Source: Kofleriaceae bacterium
GTDB lineage: Bacteria > Myxococcota_A > Polyangia > Haliangiales > Haliangiaceae
Direction: 5' to 3'
Length of the DNA stretch: 64,000 nt
NCBI GenBank assembly: GCA_020633495.1
Contig: JACKDR010000001.1
Span: 310,105-374,104 of the forward strand
Positions 63,459 through 64,000 of this stretch are shown here, piece by piece. Both the position numbers and the translations under genes were made by a program. The notes below the pieces were generated by a model. It worked only from the letters and a program-made list of their open reading frames with translations. It was not told where the DNA came from and made no database searches. Each line of letters begins with the position of its first letter. Position 1 is the stretch's first letter.

Positions 63459-64000
63459 CTATCCCGGCTCGCGCAGCACCGTCCAGCGGCGCGCCCGGAC
63501 GGTTTCGACGAGGCCCTTGACGTCGAGATCGACGTCCTCGAGCGCCGCGCCCTGCCCGGCCAGCCACGCCGCCACCCCGGGGGCGGCCAGCGTGGCCTCG
63601 CTGACAGCCACCTGCCAGGCCTCGGCGGCGGCCTGCAGCTTGGCGGCCACGTTGACGGCGTTGCCGAAGTAGTCGATCGCGGCGTTGAGGCGGACCGCGA
63701 TGCACGGGCCGGTGTTGATCGAGATGCGCAGCCGGATCGCGGCGGCGCCGCGGCCGGGCGGGAACGCGGCGTGGATCGCGGCGGCGGCCCGGACCGCGTC
63801 GAGCGGATCGTTGAACGCGCCCATCGCGGCGTCGCCGATGGTCTTGACGACGGCGCCGCGGTGGGCGCCGATGATGCGGAAGACCTCGTCGAAGTGGCGC
63901 TTGACCTCGACGAACGCGGCCGGATCGCCGCGCTCGGCGTACATCGCGGTCGAGCCGACGACGTCGGTGAACAGGATCGTCTGCTCGCCGACCGCGAGCT
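63459..64000 (-). CDS. Adenylate/guanylate cyclase catalytic-domain protein, C-terminal part only (gene continues beyond the window end)
   Basis: Minus-strand ORF 63459..63944 continues past 64000: ...FVEVKRHFDEVFRIIGAHRGAVVKTIGDAAMGAFNDPLDAVRAAAAIHAAF...RISINTGPCIAVRLNAAIDYFGNAVNVAAKL, the class III cyclase core motifs. Confidence 0.7.
   Translation of the reverse strand, partial: LAVGEQTILFTDVVGSTAMYAERGDPAAFVEVKRHFDEVFRIIGAHRGAVVKTIGDAAMGAFNDPLDAVRAAAAIHAAFPPGRGAAAIRLRISINTGPCIAVRLNAAIDYFGNAVNVAAKLQAAAEAWQVAVSEATLAAPGVAAWLAGQGAALEDVDLDVKGLVETVRARRWTVLREPG

Overview
This 64 kb window has very high GC (about 73-75% by eye) and the gene content points to a myxobacterial (Myxococcota-like) chromosome. 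It is dense with signalling genes and lipoproteins. I support about 50 protein-coding genes, with no rRNA or tRNA and no CRISPR array. Many of the long ORFs in the supplied six-frame track are Arg/Ala/Gly-rich wrong-frame artefacts of the GC content and are not reported as genes.

The most striking gene is an ~800 aa homologue of the eukaryotic major vault protein (MVP) at 30797-33205. It sits next to a CHASE-domain Ser/Thr kinase and an ECF sigma/anti-sigma operon.

Other highlights:
- A complete chemosensory gene cluster on the minus strand (54027-63447): cheW, MCP, cheR, a CheA-CheY hybrid, cheB and a triple-receiver adenylate/guanylate cyclase as the apparent output. A second cyclase gene flanks it. 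The frame structure is irregular around the cheR 3' end and the cheA 5' end.
- A mobile/selfish segment (15.7-19.5 kb): an IS5/IS1182-like transposase broken into three reading frames, about four copies of a 107-bp tandem repeat each carrying a hairpin, a (GTGGTGGAC)4 microsatellite, and a DUF222-HNH endonuclease gene.
- Eukaryote-like signalling proteins throughout: a Ser/Thr kinase with a WD40-like C-terminus, LRR and Kelch proteins, a VWA lipoprotein, and FHA-PilZ and GAF proteins.
- A translationally coupled operon of a secreted lipase, a TPR membrane protein and a phospholipase C, preceded by a perfect palindromic candidate operator.
- A phased GTGACCG repeat array between adhC and a B12-binding radical-SAM gene.
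- Several probable frameshifts or in-frame fusions: a Rieske oxygenase joined to an esterase, a hypothetical gene at 24612-25639, and a phosphodiesterase N-terminus.
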